From positions 10,685-74,684 of the forward strand of contig JAZNAE010000005.1 in NCBI GenBank assembly GCA_045586385.1: DNA of 64,000 nt, read 5' to 3'. The position numbers were made by a program, and so were the translations under genes. Within the stretch, counting starts at the first letter, position 1, and each line of letters starts with the position of its first letter. This document shows, piece after piece, positions 41,520 to 49,588 of this stretch. The stretch comes from Lachnospiraceae bacterium. Lineage in GTDB: Bacteria; Bacillota; Clostridia; Lachnospirales; Lachnospiraceae. Under the pieces are notes generated by a model. It saw nothing but the letters and a program-made list of their open reading frames with translations, made no database searches and was not told the DNA's origin.

Positions 41520-43199
41520 ATGCTTGAGAGTTTACATGTAAAAAATCTGGCATTAATTGATGAGGCCGAGGTGGAATTTGCCGAAGGCCTTAATATACTT
41601 ACGGGAGAAACAGGTGCCGGTAAGTCCATTATTATCGGTTCTGTCAACTTAGCATTAGGCGCAAAGGCAGATAAAGATTACATCCGTGCCGGAGCAGAGT
41701 ATGCCTTGGTGGAACTTGTTTTTTCTTTAGATGAAAACCAAAGAAGCGTTGTTGAAGGTATGGAGCTTTCGGTTGAAGAAGACGGAACGCTGATTTTGCA
41801 AAGAAAAATAACAGCAGCCAGAAGTACTTGTAAAGTGAACGGAGAGACCGTAAGTAGTGGACAGTTAAAGGCCCTTGCGGCAGTGCTGCTTGATATGTAT
41901 GGACAACACGAGCATCAATCGCTTTTAAAGGCGTCTAAGCATAAGATGCTTTTGGATGATTATGCAGGAGAGGAAGTCTATATTTGGAAAAAAAACTTAA
42001 GAGAAATTTATTCCGGTTATAAAAAAGCTAAGGCGGAACTTTCTGATAATAGGATGAATGAAGAAGATAGGAAGCGTGAAGCTGATCTTCTTTCTTTTGA
42101 GGTGAATGAACTTGAAGCTGCAGCCATTGTGCAGGGAGAGGATGAACAACTTGAAAAGGCTTACCGGCGAATGACAAATGCCAAGAGAATTAAAGAAGCT
42201 GTTTATATAGCACACGGGTTGACCGGATATGAAAATAACGGTAGTGCCGGAGAAGTAATTGGACGTGCTATGCGTGAACTTCGCAGTGTGGCAGGATATG
42301 AAGAGGATGCCGGGCAGCTCTGTGAGCAGCTTGGCGAAATTGATAATTTGTTAAATGATTTTAACAGAGCACTCGCAGATTACAGAGAGAGTCTGGAGTT
42401 TGATGAAGAAGAATTTGTTCAGACAGAAGAGCGCTTAAATGTAATCAACCGTTTGAAAGATAAATACGGAAATTCTTACGAACAAATCGTGCAGGCACTT
42501 GCTGATAAATCCGCAAGATTAGAACAATTAGAAAATTACGAAGAATATTTGAGGCAATTAGAAGAAAAACTAAACAAAGAAAAAGAAAAAATTCTTGTTT
42601 TGTGTAAGAAGATTTCCGATGCAAGAGGGCAGGCGGCAACAAAGCTTACAAAGAAATTGACAGATGCATTAATTGATTTGAATTTCTTGGATGTTGATTT
42701 TGAAATTTTGGTAAAACCGGATGAGGAAAAGGTTTCAGAGGACGGATACGACGACATTGAGTTTTTAATTTCTACCAATCCCGGCGAAGCAAAGAAACCT
42801 CTGCAACAGGTGGCAAGTGGTGGTGAACTATCCAGAATCATGCTTGCATTTAAGAGTGTATTTGCCGATGAAGAAGGAACCAACACCTTGATTTTTGATG
42901 AAATCGATACAGGTATCAGCGGAAGAACTGCATGGAAGGTATCCGAAAAACTGGGACAGTTATCAGCCGGACATCAGATTATTTGTATCACGCATTTGCC
43001 GCAGATTGCAGCCATGGCGGACACACATTTTCTGATTGAAAAGCAAGTAATAAATGACAGAACCGTAACCGGAATACATAAATTATCGGAAGAGGAAAGC
43101 CTTACAGAGATGGCCAGACTTCTTGGCAGCGGCAATGTAACGGAAGCGGTACTTGGTAATGCCAGAGAAATGAAAGAAATGGCAAGAAATGTAAAGTAA
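41520..43199 (+). CDS. recN: DNA repair protein RecN
   Basis: TGETGAGKS, ASGGELSRIML, IFDEID.GISG, ITHLPQ.AA. Confidence 0.97.
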   Translation: MLESLHVKNLALIDEAEVEFAEGLNILTGETGAGKSIIIGSVNLALGAKADKDYIRAGAEYALVELVFSLDENQRSVVEGMELSVEEDGTLILQRKITAARSTCKVNGETVSSGQLKALAAVLLDMYGQHEHQSLLKASKHKMLLDDYAGEEVYIWKKNLREIYSGYKKAKAELSDNRMNEEDRKREADLLSFEVNELEAAAIVQGEDEQLEKAYRRMTNAKRIKEAVYIAHGLTGYENNGSAGEVIGRAMRELRSVAGYEEDAGQLCEQLGEIDNLLNDFNRALADYRESLEFDEEEFVQTEERLNVINRLKDKYGNSYEQIVQALADKSARLEQLENYEEYLRQLEEKLNKEKEKILVLCKKISDARGQAATKLTKKLTDALIDLNFLDVDFEILVKPDEEKVSEDGYDDIEFLISTNPGEAKKPLQQVASGGELSRIMLAFKSVFADEEGTNTLIFDEIDTGISGRTAWKVSEKLGQLSAGHQIICITHLPQIAAMADTHFLIEKQVINDRTVTGIHKLSEEESLTEMARLLGSGNVTEAVLGNAREMKEMARNVK

Positions 43200-43243
43200 A
43201 AAACAGAAAATGGTTTATTAAAAAAGAAGATTTTTCACATACT

Positions 43244-43272
43244 AAAAGAGACATGCAATATGTCTCTTTTTT
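43244..43272 (+). terminator. Terminator after recN, overlapping a possible sigmaG -10 (CATACTA 43238-43244) for spoIVB
   Basis: AAAAGAGACAT-gcaat-ATGTCTCTTTT + TT; the -35 for the forespore promoter has imperfect spacing, so the promoter call is weak. Confidence 0.65.
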
Positions 43273-43334
43273 CTTGCGGGAAACGAAGAGGGTATATTGG
43301 TTGTTTTCATAAGAAGAAAAAAGGGTGTGAAAAA

Positions 43335-44645
43335 TTGGAAAGAAATGAAATAACCTGTAACGGCAAACTGTTACTTTACAGAAAAATATTATATATTTCG
43401 CTTATTCTCAGTGTTTGTCTGACTTTTATTTCCGCCTACTATACATTGTGGAACCGTGTGCCGTCTACCATCATGGTGAGAGCAGGAATGCTTCAAACCC
43501 TTGATTTTAATTTGCCGGCATCGGGGGAGATGTATCGTGAGGAGGCGATAGAAGCCAGTGGTCAGGCACAAACATATGGTAGTCTGCAGGCAAGAAGTGT
43601 CCGTATTGATTTCAGTAATCCGGTTACAGTAAAGGCAAATCAAGTTGATAATTATAAGTTAAGTCTTAAATTATTCGGTATCATTCCACTAAAAGATGTA
43701 GATGTAAAAATTATACAGGATGTAAAGTTAAAACCCGCCGGAATCCCTATTGGGATATATGTGAAAACACACGGGGTTTTGATAGTCGGTGTCGGAGACT
43801 TTGAGGGTGAACAGGGACAAACCCATGAGCCGGCTAAATACGTTTTGCAAGCGGGTGACTACATTTTGGAAATGAACGAGGAAGAAGTTACCGGAAAAAA
43901 ACAGCTGATAGAAAAGATAAGTCACAGCGAGGGGCAGGAGATTGTATTTAAAATAAGGAGAGACGGAGAAGTATTCGAAGTAAGTGCAACGCCCCAGACA
44001 AACAGAAACGGGGAATATAAGATGGGCATCTGGGTAAGAGATAATGCGCAAGGTGTCGGAACCATGACTTACATTGATGAAAATTCCTGTTTTGGTGCTT
44101 TGGGGCACGGTATTAATGATGTGGATACCAGCACGTTAATGGAACTCTCCGACGGTACACTGTATCATACCGAGATTATCGGGATCACAAAAGGCCAAAA
44201 CGGTTCACCCGGAGAACTTACCGGATTTATTGAGTATGATGATAACAATATCATGGGAACTATCACAGCAAACACTGTAAAAGGAATTTTCGGAGTTTGT
44301 TCTGAAGATGTAACAAGTTCAAACGGCTATGATTACATGCCGATTGGATTAAAACAGGAAATAAAACAAGGACCGGCACAAATCATATCATCCTTAGGTG
44401 GTGCGGCAGAAACCTTTGACGTAGAAATCAAAGAAATCCGCTTAGAGAATGATGACATCAACAGGGGAATCGTACTGGAGATTACCGATCCAGATCTGCT
44501 TGCCTTGACAGGAGGAATTGTGCAGGGAATGAGCGGTAGCCCGATTATCCAAGATGGAAAGATTATCGGGGCTGTGACACATGTACTGGTGAATGACCCG
44601 ACCAGGGGATATGGGATCTTTATTGAAAATATGCTGGAGCATTGA
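43335..44645 (+). CDS. spoIVB: SpoIVB serine peptidase (PDZ + S55)
   Basis: G.WVRD...GVGT.T, GALGHGI.D, GG.VQGMSGSP, GAVTHV; TTG 43335 preferred because ATG 43260 lies inside the terminator hairpin. Confidence 0.93.
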   Translation: MERNEITCNGKLLLYRKILYISLILSVCLTFISAYYTLWNRVPSTIMVRAGMLQTLDFNLPASGEMYREEAIEASGQAQTYGSLQARSVRIDFSNPVTVKANQVDNYKLSLKLFGIIPLKDVDVKIIQDVKLKPAGIPIGIYVKTHGVLIVGVGDFEGEQGQTHEPAKYVLQAGDYILEMNEEEVTGKKQLIEKISHSEGQEIVFKIRRDGEVFEVSATPQTNRNGEYKMGIWVRDNAQGVGTMTYIDENSCFGALGHGINDVDTSTLMELSDGTLYHTEIIGITKGQNGSPGELTGFIEYDDNNIMGTITANTVKGIFGVCSEDVTSSNGYDYMPIGLKQEIKQGPAQIISSLGGAAETFDVEIKEIRLENDDINRGIVLEITDPDLLALTGGIVQGMSGSPIIQDGKIIGAVTHVLVNDPTRGYGIFIENMLEH

Positions 44646-44775
44646 GAAATGTAGGACAGGAGTAAAAGGCTACGATGCAAGCTTGCTTGCGTAAGTAGCC
44701 TTTTTATGACTGGACTATATGGCGAAAGCCGTACAGCGAGATGAAGCAACGCGGAATCGAGCTGCATTTCTCAAT
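44641..44775 (+). other. 135-nt multi-branch structured element (ncRNA or REP/MITE-like repeat) starting at the spoIVB stop
   Basis: 14-bp terminal inverted repeat ATTGAGAAATGTAG/CTGCATTTCTCAAT enclosing hairpins with CUUG and GAAA tetraloops. Confidence 0.65.
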
Positions 44776-44797
44776 TAAGTGGCGGTCAGGGTAGAAA

Positions 44798-44881
44798 GTA
44801 TCTATAGAAAAAAATATTATTTTTAGAATCCGTTTTTTGAGAAATAGGGATTCTATTTCAATAATTTTTCCCTATAGATAC
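44798..44881. repeat. 84-nt AT-rich imperfect hairpin downstream of the nuclease-like gene
   Basis: GTATCTATAG...TAGAATCC / GGATTCTA...CTATAGATAC. Confidence 0.75.
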
Positions 44882-44997
44882 GCATTATGAGGTTTTGAGC
44901 AAGAAAACTAATAAGAAAACTATAAAAAGGGATTCCAAATTCATAAAAAATTTGTATAGACCGAGCAAGGCATAGACATCCTAATAAGAGGTTGAAA

Positions 44998-45774
44998 CTA
45001 CATAAAGTGATACTCAATGTACTTTTCTACAATTTCGGGATTTAAAGGATGATTTTTAGTTTCATACGTGGTAATGAGCCGGATTCCGGGAGTAATGCCG
45101 TAAGTAGCATAAAGATTTAATTTGGAGGTTGTTTTTTCAATATAAGCAGAATTATCCATGAGTCCAAAATGTTCCCAATAATAGAAATCACCGGTGTGAG
45201 GATGACGGATAGTGAAGTCAGGATAGATGAGAGTATTACCTAATTGAAGGGCACACTCATAGCGAAATGGAATGTTATGAGAATGAAGAAGCATATCAAT
45301 TAACACCTCGGACTTGGAACGTAGATAAGTGTTTGAGACACCTTTATAAATCAGATTTTCCGGATGGTTTTGGTTTTTCTCATATGGAAAATTCATCCAA
45401 TCGGTCAATTCCTTTGATAAGGGGGTGAAATAGGGGGCAAGCAATTGCTGATATTCAGATGGTGCTATGAGAAGTTGTTCAGACTTGCCGGTAGGAGAGT
45501 GATGTCGTAAGTAATAAGAAAGTGCGTTCTTTTCGTGTTCTAAATCTTCAAGTAGTAGGGATAAATATTTCTTTTTGGCTAGTTGCTCTGCCAAAAGGCG
45601 ATTGGATTTTGGAATATAAATTTTGCGGTGACCATCGCTTAGATACCATTTGGATGTGTTATGATGATGACAACAAATTAGTTTGCCGGGAGGCAGTGAT
45701 TGTAGTTCATTTTGAATATGGCAGATGCGATTGCATATGGCATCATATTCAGATTTTATGCGCTCAGAAATCAT
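44998..45774 (-). CDS. Hypothetical protein with C-terminal Vsr/DUF559-like PD-(D/E)XK nuclease-like domain
   Basis: RSKSE helix, FRYE, YPDF, WEHFG motifs; RBS AGAAAGGAG on the - strand. Confidence 0.6.
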   Translation of the reverse strand: MISERIKSEYDAICNRICHIQNELQSLPPGKLICCHHHNTSKWYLSDGHRKIYIPKSNRLLAEQLAKKKYLSLLLEDLEHEKNALSYYLRHHSPTGKSEQLLIAPSEYQQLLAPYFTPLSKELTDWMNFPYEKNQNHPENLIYKGVSNTYLRSKSEVLIDMLLHSHNIPFRYECALQLGNTLIYPDFTIRHPHTGDFYYWEHFGLMDNSAYIEKTTSKLNLYATYGITPGIRLITTYETKNHPLNPEIVEKYIEYHFM

Positions 45775-45898
45775 TCATAAGCTCCTTTCTGTAAAGTATT
45801 AAAACTATTAAAACATAATGTGAGACAAGAAACAAGTGGTTATACATAAGAGCAGAGAATAAATAGAGTTTAAAAGAAGTCACAATTTGCGATTTCTT

Positions 45899-45934
45899 TG
45901 CATTTCATCCTTCAAAAATGCAACTCATCCGTCA
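45899..45934 (+). promoter_or_regulatory. Direct-repeat pair, candidate LytTR binding site
   Basis: TGCATTTCATCCTTCA (45899) and TGCAACTCATCCGTCA (45919), 13/16 identical, 20-bp period. Confidence 0.6.
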
Positions 45935-45997
45935 GAGTATTTTGCAGAAAGAAAAGATGTGATACGCTAAGCACATCAAGAGACGGAGGATGAAAAA

Positions 45998-47086
45998 ATG
46001 AATACAAAGATGAAAAAAAGACTTAAGGCAGCAGGTATCGTGATAGGTACAATTATAGTATTGGGTATGGTTTTATCCATAGCAATTCCCAAGATTATGT
46101 TTCCGGAATTTGAACCTTTAAAGGTGACCGGAAATCATGAAGTAGAAATTGCATTATATACATGGGAAGACGAAAGCAGAGTAGAAACTTTCAAAGATAC
46201 GGGAGAAAATCGTGCACTGACCGTAAAATTCTGGTATCCTAAGGAGGAAGGAAACTATCCCCTTGTGGTATTTTCCCATGGAGCATTCGGTGTGATAGAC
46301 AGTAACAACTCTACTTATACGGAACTGGCATCAAACGGTTATGTGGTAGCCAGTATTGCACACCCTTATCATGCCATGTTTGTGGAGGATGTAAACGGGA
46401 AAACCACTATGGTAGATATGGACTTTATGACCAAGGTATATGCGGATAATGGAGAAGACTACACAGAGGAAGCGGAGAGACGTGTATATGAATTCAGCGT
46501 GGAATGGATGGAAACCCGTTCTGCGGATATGAATTTTGTGGTAGATACCATTTTAGAAAAGGCTGCACAAAAAGAAGAAGGACCTTTTGCGTCAGTAAAT
46601 ACAGAAAAAATTGGTTTGATGGGACATTCCATGGGTGGTGCCACAGCAGTAGAACTTGGTAGAGAGCGTGCTGACATTGATGCAGTCATTGATTTGGAAG
46701 GTACCATGGCAGGAGAATACGTGGGATTTGAAAATGGCTATGAGATATATGAAAAAGAATCTTATCCCGTACCACTTTTAGATATCAATTCCCGGGCAGC
46801 TCGAGAAGACATTGATGCCCTTACAAAAGAACATGAAGGATGGGTGTATGTCAACGATTATGTTGGTCAAAATGCAGCAGATTACAGGGAAATAATATTT
46901 GAAGGTGCAGGGCATCTGAATTTTACGGATTTGCCTATGTTTTCTCCAATGCTGGCAAAGCTTTTGGGTGTGGGAGAAGTGGATGCAAGGGAATGTATGG
47001 AAAATGTAAATGACGTAGTCCTCACTTTTTTTGATTATTATTTAAAAGGGGAAGGCTCATTAAATGTACTGAAAGAAGTATATTAA
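45998..47086 (+). CDS. Membrane-anchored alpha/beta hydrolase (PAF-acetylhydrolase/dienelactone-hydrolase-like)
   Basis: N-terminal TM; PLVVFSHG, GHSMGG nucleophile elbow, DLEG, H.NF.D. Confidence 0.85.
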   Translation: MNTKMKKRLKAAGIVIGTIIVLGMVLSIAIPKIMFPEFEPLKVTGNHEVEIALYTWEDESRVETFKDTGENRALTVKFWYPKEEGNYPLVVFSHGAFGVIDSNNSTYTELASNGYVVASIAHPYHAMFVEDVNGKTTMVDMDFMTKVYADNGEDYTEEAERRVYEFSVEWMETRSADMNFVVDTILEKAAQKEEGPFASVNTEKIGLMGHSMGGATAVELGRERADIDAVIDLEGTMAGEYVGFENGYEIYEKESYPVPLLDINSRAAREDIDALTKEHEGWVYVNDYVGQNAADYREIIFEGAGHLNFTDLPMFSPMLAKLLGVGEVDARECMENVNDVVLTFFDYYLKGEGSLNVLKEVY

Positions 47087-47114
47087 ACAATCAGGATGAA
47101 GGGAGCATGATTAC

Positions 47115-47570
47115 ATGCGTGTAAACATCAGAAGAATTTTGAACCAAGAAGAGGAACAAGTAATTATTGAGTGTACACAAATTACTCCTGATATCAGGGA
47201 TATTGAGGCGTATGTGCTTGCAAAGGGAACAGAATTATCAGGAATTACCCAGGAGCAGCACAGAAAGCAATTTCATTTAAAAGACGTATATTATTTTGAA
47301 GCACTGGATGAAAAGGTCTTTGCTTATACCAAAGAGCAGGTTTATGAAATAAGAATGCGTCTTTATGAGGTGGAAAAAGCATACAGTAATTATCATTTTG
47401 TCAGATGCTCAAAATCAGTAGTACTGAACCTGATGCTTCTTGACAGCATCAGTCCTGCCATGAGCGGGCGCTTTTTTGCGCATATGAAAAATGGTGAAAA
47501 GTTAATGATTTCCAGGCAATATGCCAATCAGGTAAAGAGAATTGTTATGGGAGGTGGCAACGATGAATAG
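47115..47570 (+). CDS. Stand-alone LytTR DNA-binding protein
   Basis: V.YFEA.DEKVFAYT, RLYE.E, FVRCSKS..LN, ISR.Y; no receiver Asp motif. Confidence 0.88.
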   Translation: MRVNIRRILNQEEEQVIIECTQITPDIRDIEAYVLAKGTELSGITQEQHRKQFHLKDVYYFEALDEKVFAYTKEQVYEIRMRLYEVEKAYSNYHFVRCSKSVVLNLMLLDSISPAMSGRFFAHMKNGEKLMISRQYANQVKRIVMGGGNDE

Positions 47571-47997
47571 ACAGTCAAAATTATCGGAAATGATGATGGC
47601 TTTTTTTGTCAGTACAGCGTGTATTACTATATTAGAGGGGATAATGGGAATGCTGTTTTTTCCTGATGAAAAACTAACTTATCAAGCCTTTTTTGCTCCG
47701 CCTATCATGGGCCTGTGCTCGGTTCTGTTTGGGTTTGTGACTTGGTCAAAAAGGGAACTGACAATTAAGGAAACTCTGCTTCGAAGGGGGATTCACCTCT
47801 TGTTAATTGAGCTGTTTGTATTTGGACTAAACTATGCTGAAGGGATTGTTTTCCCCCTTGGAATAGTAATTTCTTTGATATTTGGAATCGCGGCAGTATT
47901 TGTGGCGGTATATGTGGTTTTGTGGATTAATGACATAAGGAGTGCTAACCAATTTAATAAAAAATTGAAAGAATATCAAAATAATGTTATATATTAA
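47563..47997 (+). CDS. DUF3021-like membrane protein (LytTR partner)
   Basis: 4 TM segments ending A...N..L..Y; overlaps the LytTR gene; start at ATG 47563. Confidence 0.7.
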   Translation: MNRQSKLSEMMMAFFVSTACITILEGIMGMLFFPDEKLTYQAFFAPPIMGLCSVLFGFVTWSKRELTIKETLLRRGIHLLLIELFVFGLNYAEGIVFPLGIVISLIFGIAAVFVAVYVVLWINDIRSANQFNKKLKEYQNNVIY

Positions 47998-48000
47998 TCT

Positions 48001-48033
48001 ATGCGGCTTGCTGTTTTTTTGGCAAGCCGTTTG
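48001..48033 (+). terminator. Terminator of the hydrolase-LytTR operon
   Basis: GCGGCTTGC...GCAAGCCGT + TT. Confidence 0.6.
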
Positions 48034-48058
48034 TATTTTATAAGGATTATGTTATAAT
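48031..48058 (+). promoter_or_regulatory. sigmaA promoter of MATE
   Basis: TTGTAT-16-TATAAT with extended TG. Confidence 0.6.
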
Positions 48059-48119
48059 GGGTAAGTCTGTAAATAATTAGCAAAGTTTTTAGACAGAAAG
48101 GAATGACATAATCGGTATT

Positions 48120-49499
48120 ATGGTAAATGTAAAGAAATTATTCGAACCTACAGATATGACAGTAGGAACACCATGGAAAAGTATTGCAATATTCTCAATT
48201 CCCATGTTAATCGGAAATATTGCACAGCAATTATACAGTACGGTAGACAGCATTGTAGTAGGACATTATGTGGGAGATAATGCACTGGCGGCAGTTGGAA
48301 GTGCAGCACCGCTTTTTAATATGCTTTTGGTATTATTTGTAGGAATATCCGCAGGTGTGGGAATTATGGTTTCCCAGTATTTCGGCGCAAAAGCACGTGA
48401 AGAATTGTCGGGAACGATTGGTACTTGTATCACTTTAACCGCAATTGTATCGGTATTTTTAATGATAGCGGCACCGCCCTTTGTGCGTGATTTACTGCAG
48501 ATGTTAAATACACCGGAAAGCATATTAGATGACTGTACATCTTATTTGGTCATTATGCTCTACGGCGGTGCAGGAATGGCTTATTACAATATCCTAAGCG
48601 GTATCCTTAGGGGAATGGGAGACTCTTTTTCCGCACTGATATACTTGTTGATTGCAACGGTACTAAATATTTTTTTAGATATTCTTTTTGTGGCACAGTT
48701 TGATATGGGAGTAGCAGGCGTAGCCCTGGCTACAGTCATTGCACAGGCTATTTCATCCGTACTTTGTTTGTGGAAGCTGATGCACATGAGGGAAGTGTTT
48801 GACTTAGGCCTTAAGCAACTTAAGATGGCCAAAGAGCATGTAATACAGATGGTAAGATTGGGACTTCCGTCAGGTCTTACCCAGGCAATTTTTTCATCTG
48901 CGATGATTATCGTACAGTCATTAACAAACAGCTTCGGGGAAATGTTTATTGCAGCAAACGTCATTGTTATGCGTGTGGACGGTTTTGCCATGATGCCGAA
49001 CTTCTCTTTCGGTACAGCCACAACCACTTTTGCAGGACAAAATGTGGGGGCAAAAAAATATGACCGTGTTATGCAGGGAGCAAAGCAGGGAACTATTCTT
49101 GCTGTGGCATGTTCCGCAATTATTACCGGGGTAATTTTACTGTTTGGCAAGAGTTTGATGGGCATTTTTACCAATACACAGGAATTGGTAGAACTCAGTT
49201 ATTATATGATGTGTATTTTGGCAGTGGGCTATATAGCCATGGCAGTTACCCAGAGTTTATCAGGCGTAATGCGTGGCGCAGGCGATACGGTAACGCCCAT
49301 GTGGATTTCTCTCTGCACAACAGTAATTATCCGTGTGCCGATTGCTTACGGAATATCCTATCTTACAAGAACACCCGAGCTTCCATTTGGACGTAGCGAA
49401 TGTATCCAGATATCACTTCTTGCAGCATGGATTATGGGCGCGGTTCTCACCACCCTTTTCTACAAGGCGGGAAGATGGAAAAAGAAAGCAATTTTATAG
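48120..49499 (+). CDS. MATE family efflux transporter
   Basis: PMLIGNIAQQLY..VD..VVG, SQYFGA, RG.GDS, GQN.GA. Confidence 0.93.
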   Translation: MVNVKKLFEPTDMTVGTPWKSIAIFSIPMLIGNIAQQLYSTVDSIVVGHYVGDNALAAVGSAAPLFNMLLVLFVGISAGVGIMVSQYFGAKAREELSGTIGTCITLTAIVSVFLMIAAPPFVRDLLQMLNTPESILDDCTSYLVIMLYGGAGMAYYNILSGILRGMGDSFSALIYLLIATVLNIFLDILFVAQFDMGVAGVALATVIAQAISSVLCLWKLMHMREVFDLGLKQLKMAKEHVIQMVRLGLPSGLTQAIFSSAMIIVQSLTNSFGEMFIAANVIVMRVDGFAMMPNFSFGTATTTFAGQNVGAKKYDRVMQGAKQGTILAVACSAIITGVILLFGKSLMGIFTNTQELVELSYYMMCILAVGYIAMAVTQSLSGVMRGAGDTVTPMWISLCTTVIIRVPIAYGISYLTRTPELPFGRSECIQISLLAAWIMGAVLTTLFYKAGRWKKKAIL

Positions 49500-49520
49500 A
49501 ATTGCCATAGCGTGTTTTGT

Positions 49521-49550
49521 TTGACATGCTATAGAAGTTAAGGATATAAT
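49521..49550 (+). promoter_or_regulatory. sigmaA promoter of glnA
   Basis: TTGACA-18-TATAAT. Confidence 0.7.
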
Positions 49551-49588
49551 TATACTGTTAAGAAAAAACCTATTGGGAGGTTACATAA

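Noticed and set aside
43260-43334. ORF-track N-terminal extension of SpoIVB
   Set aside because: The ATG sits in the terminator stem without an RBS; TTG 43335 has a plausible RBS and is followed by the expected N-terminal TM
44646-44700. Possible spo0A N-terminal remnant after spoIVB (AGGAG then ATG at about 44675)
   Set aside because: The ORF is only 7 codons (MQACLRK), lies within a hairpin and has no receiver similarity
44901-44925. Tandem AAGAAAACTA repeat downstream of the nuclease-like gene
   Set aside because: Two copies of an AT-rich 10-mer; not distinguishable from slippage and not flanking the element as a target-site duplication
49505-49535. Inverted repeat around the glnA -35 as a GlnR/TnrA box
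   Set aside because: Spacing is TGT-N8-ACA rather than TGTNA-N7-TNACA; more simply a weak hairpin after the MATE stop
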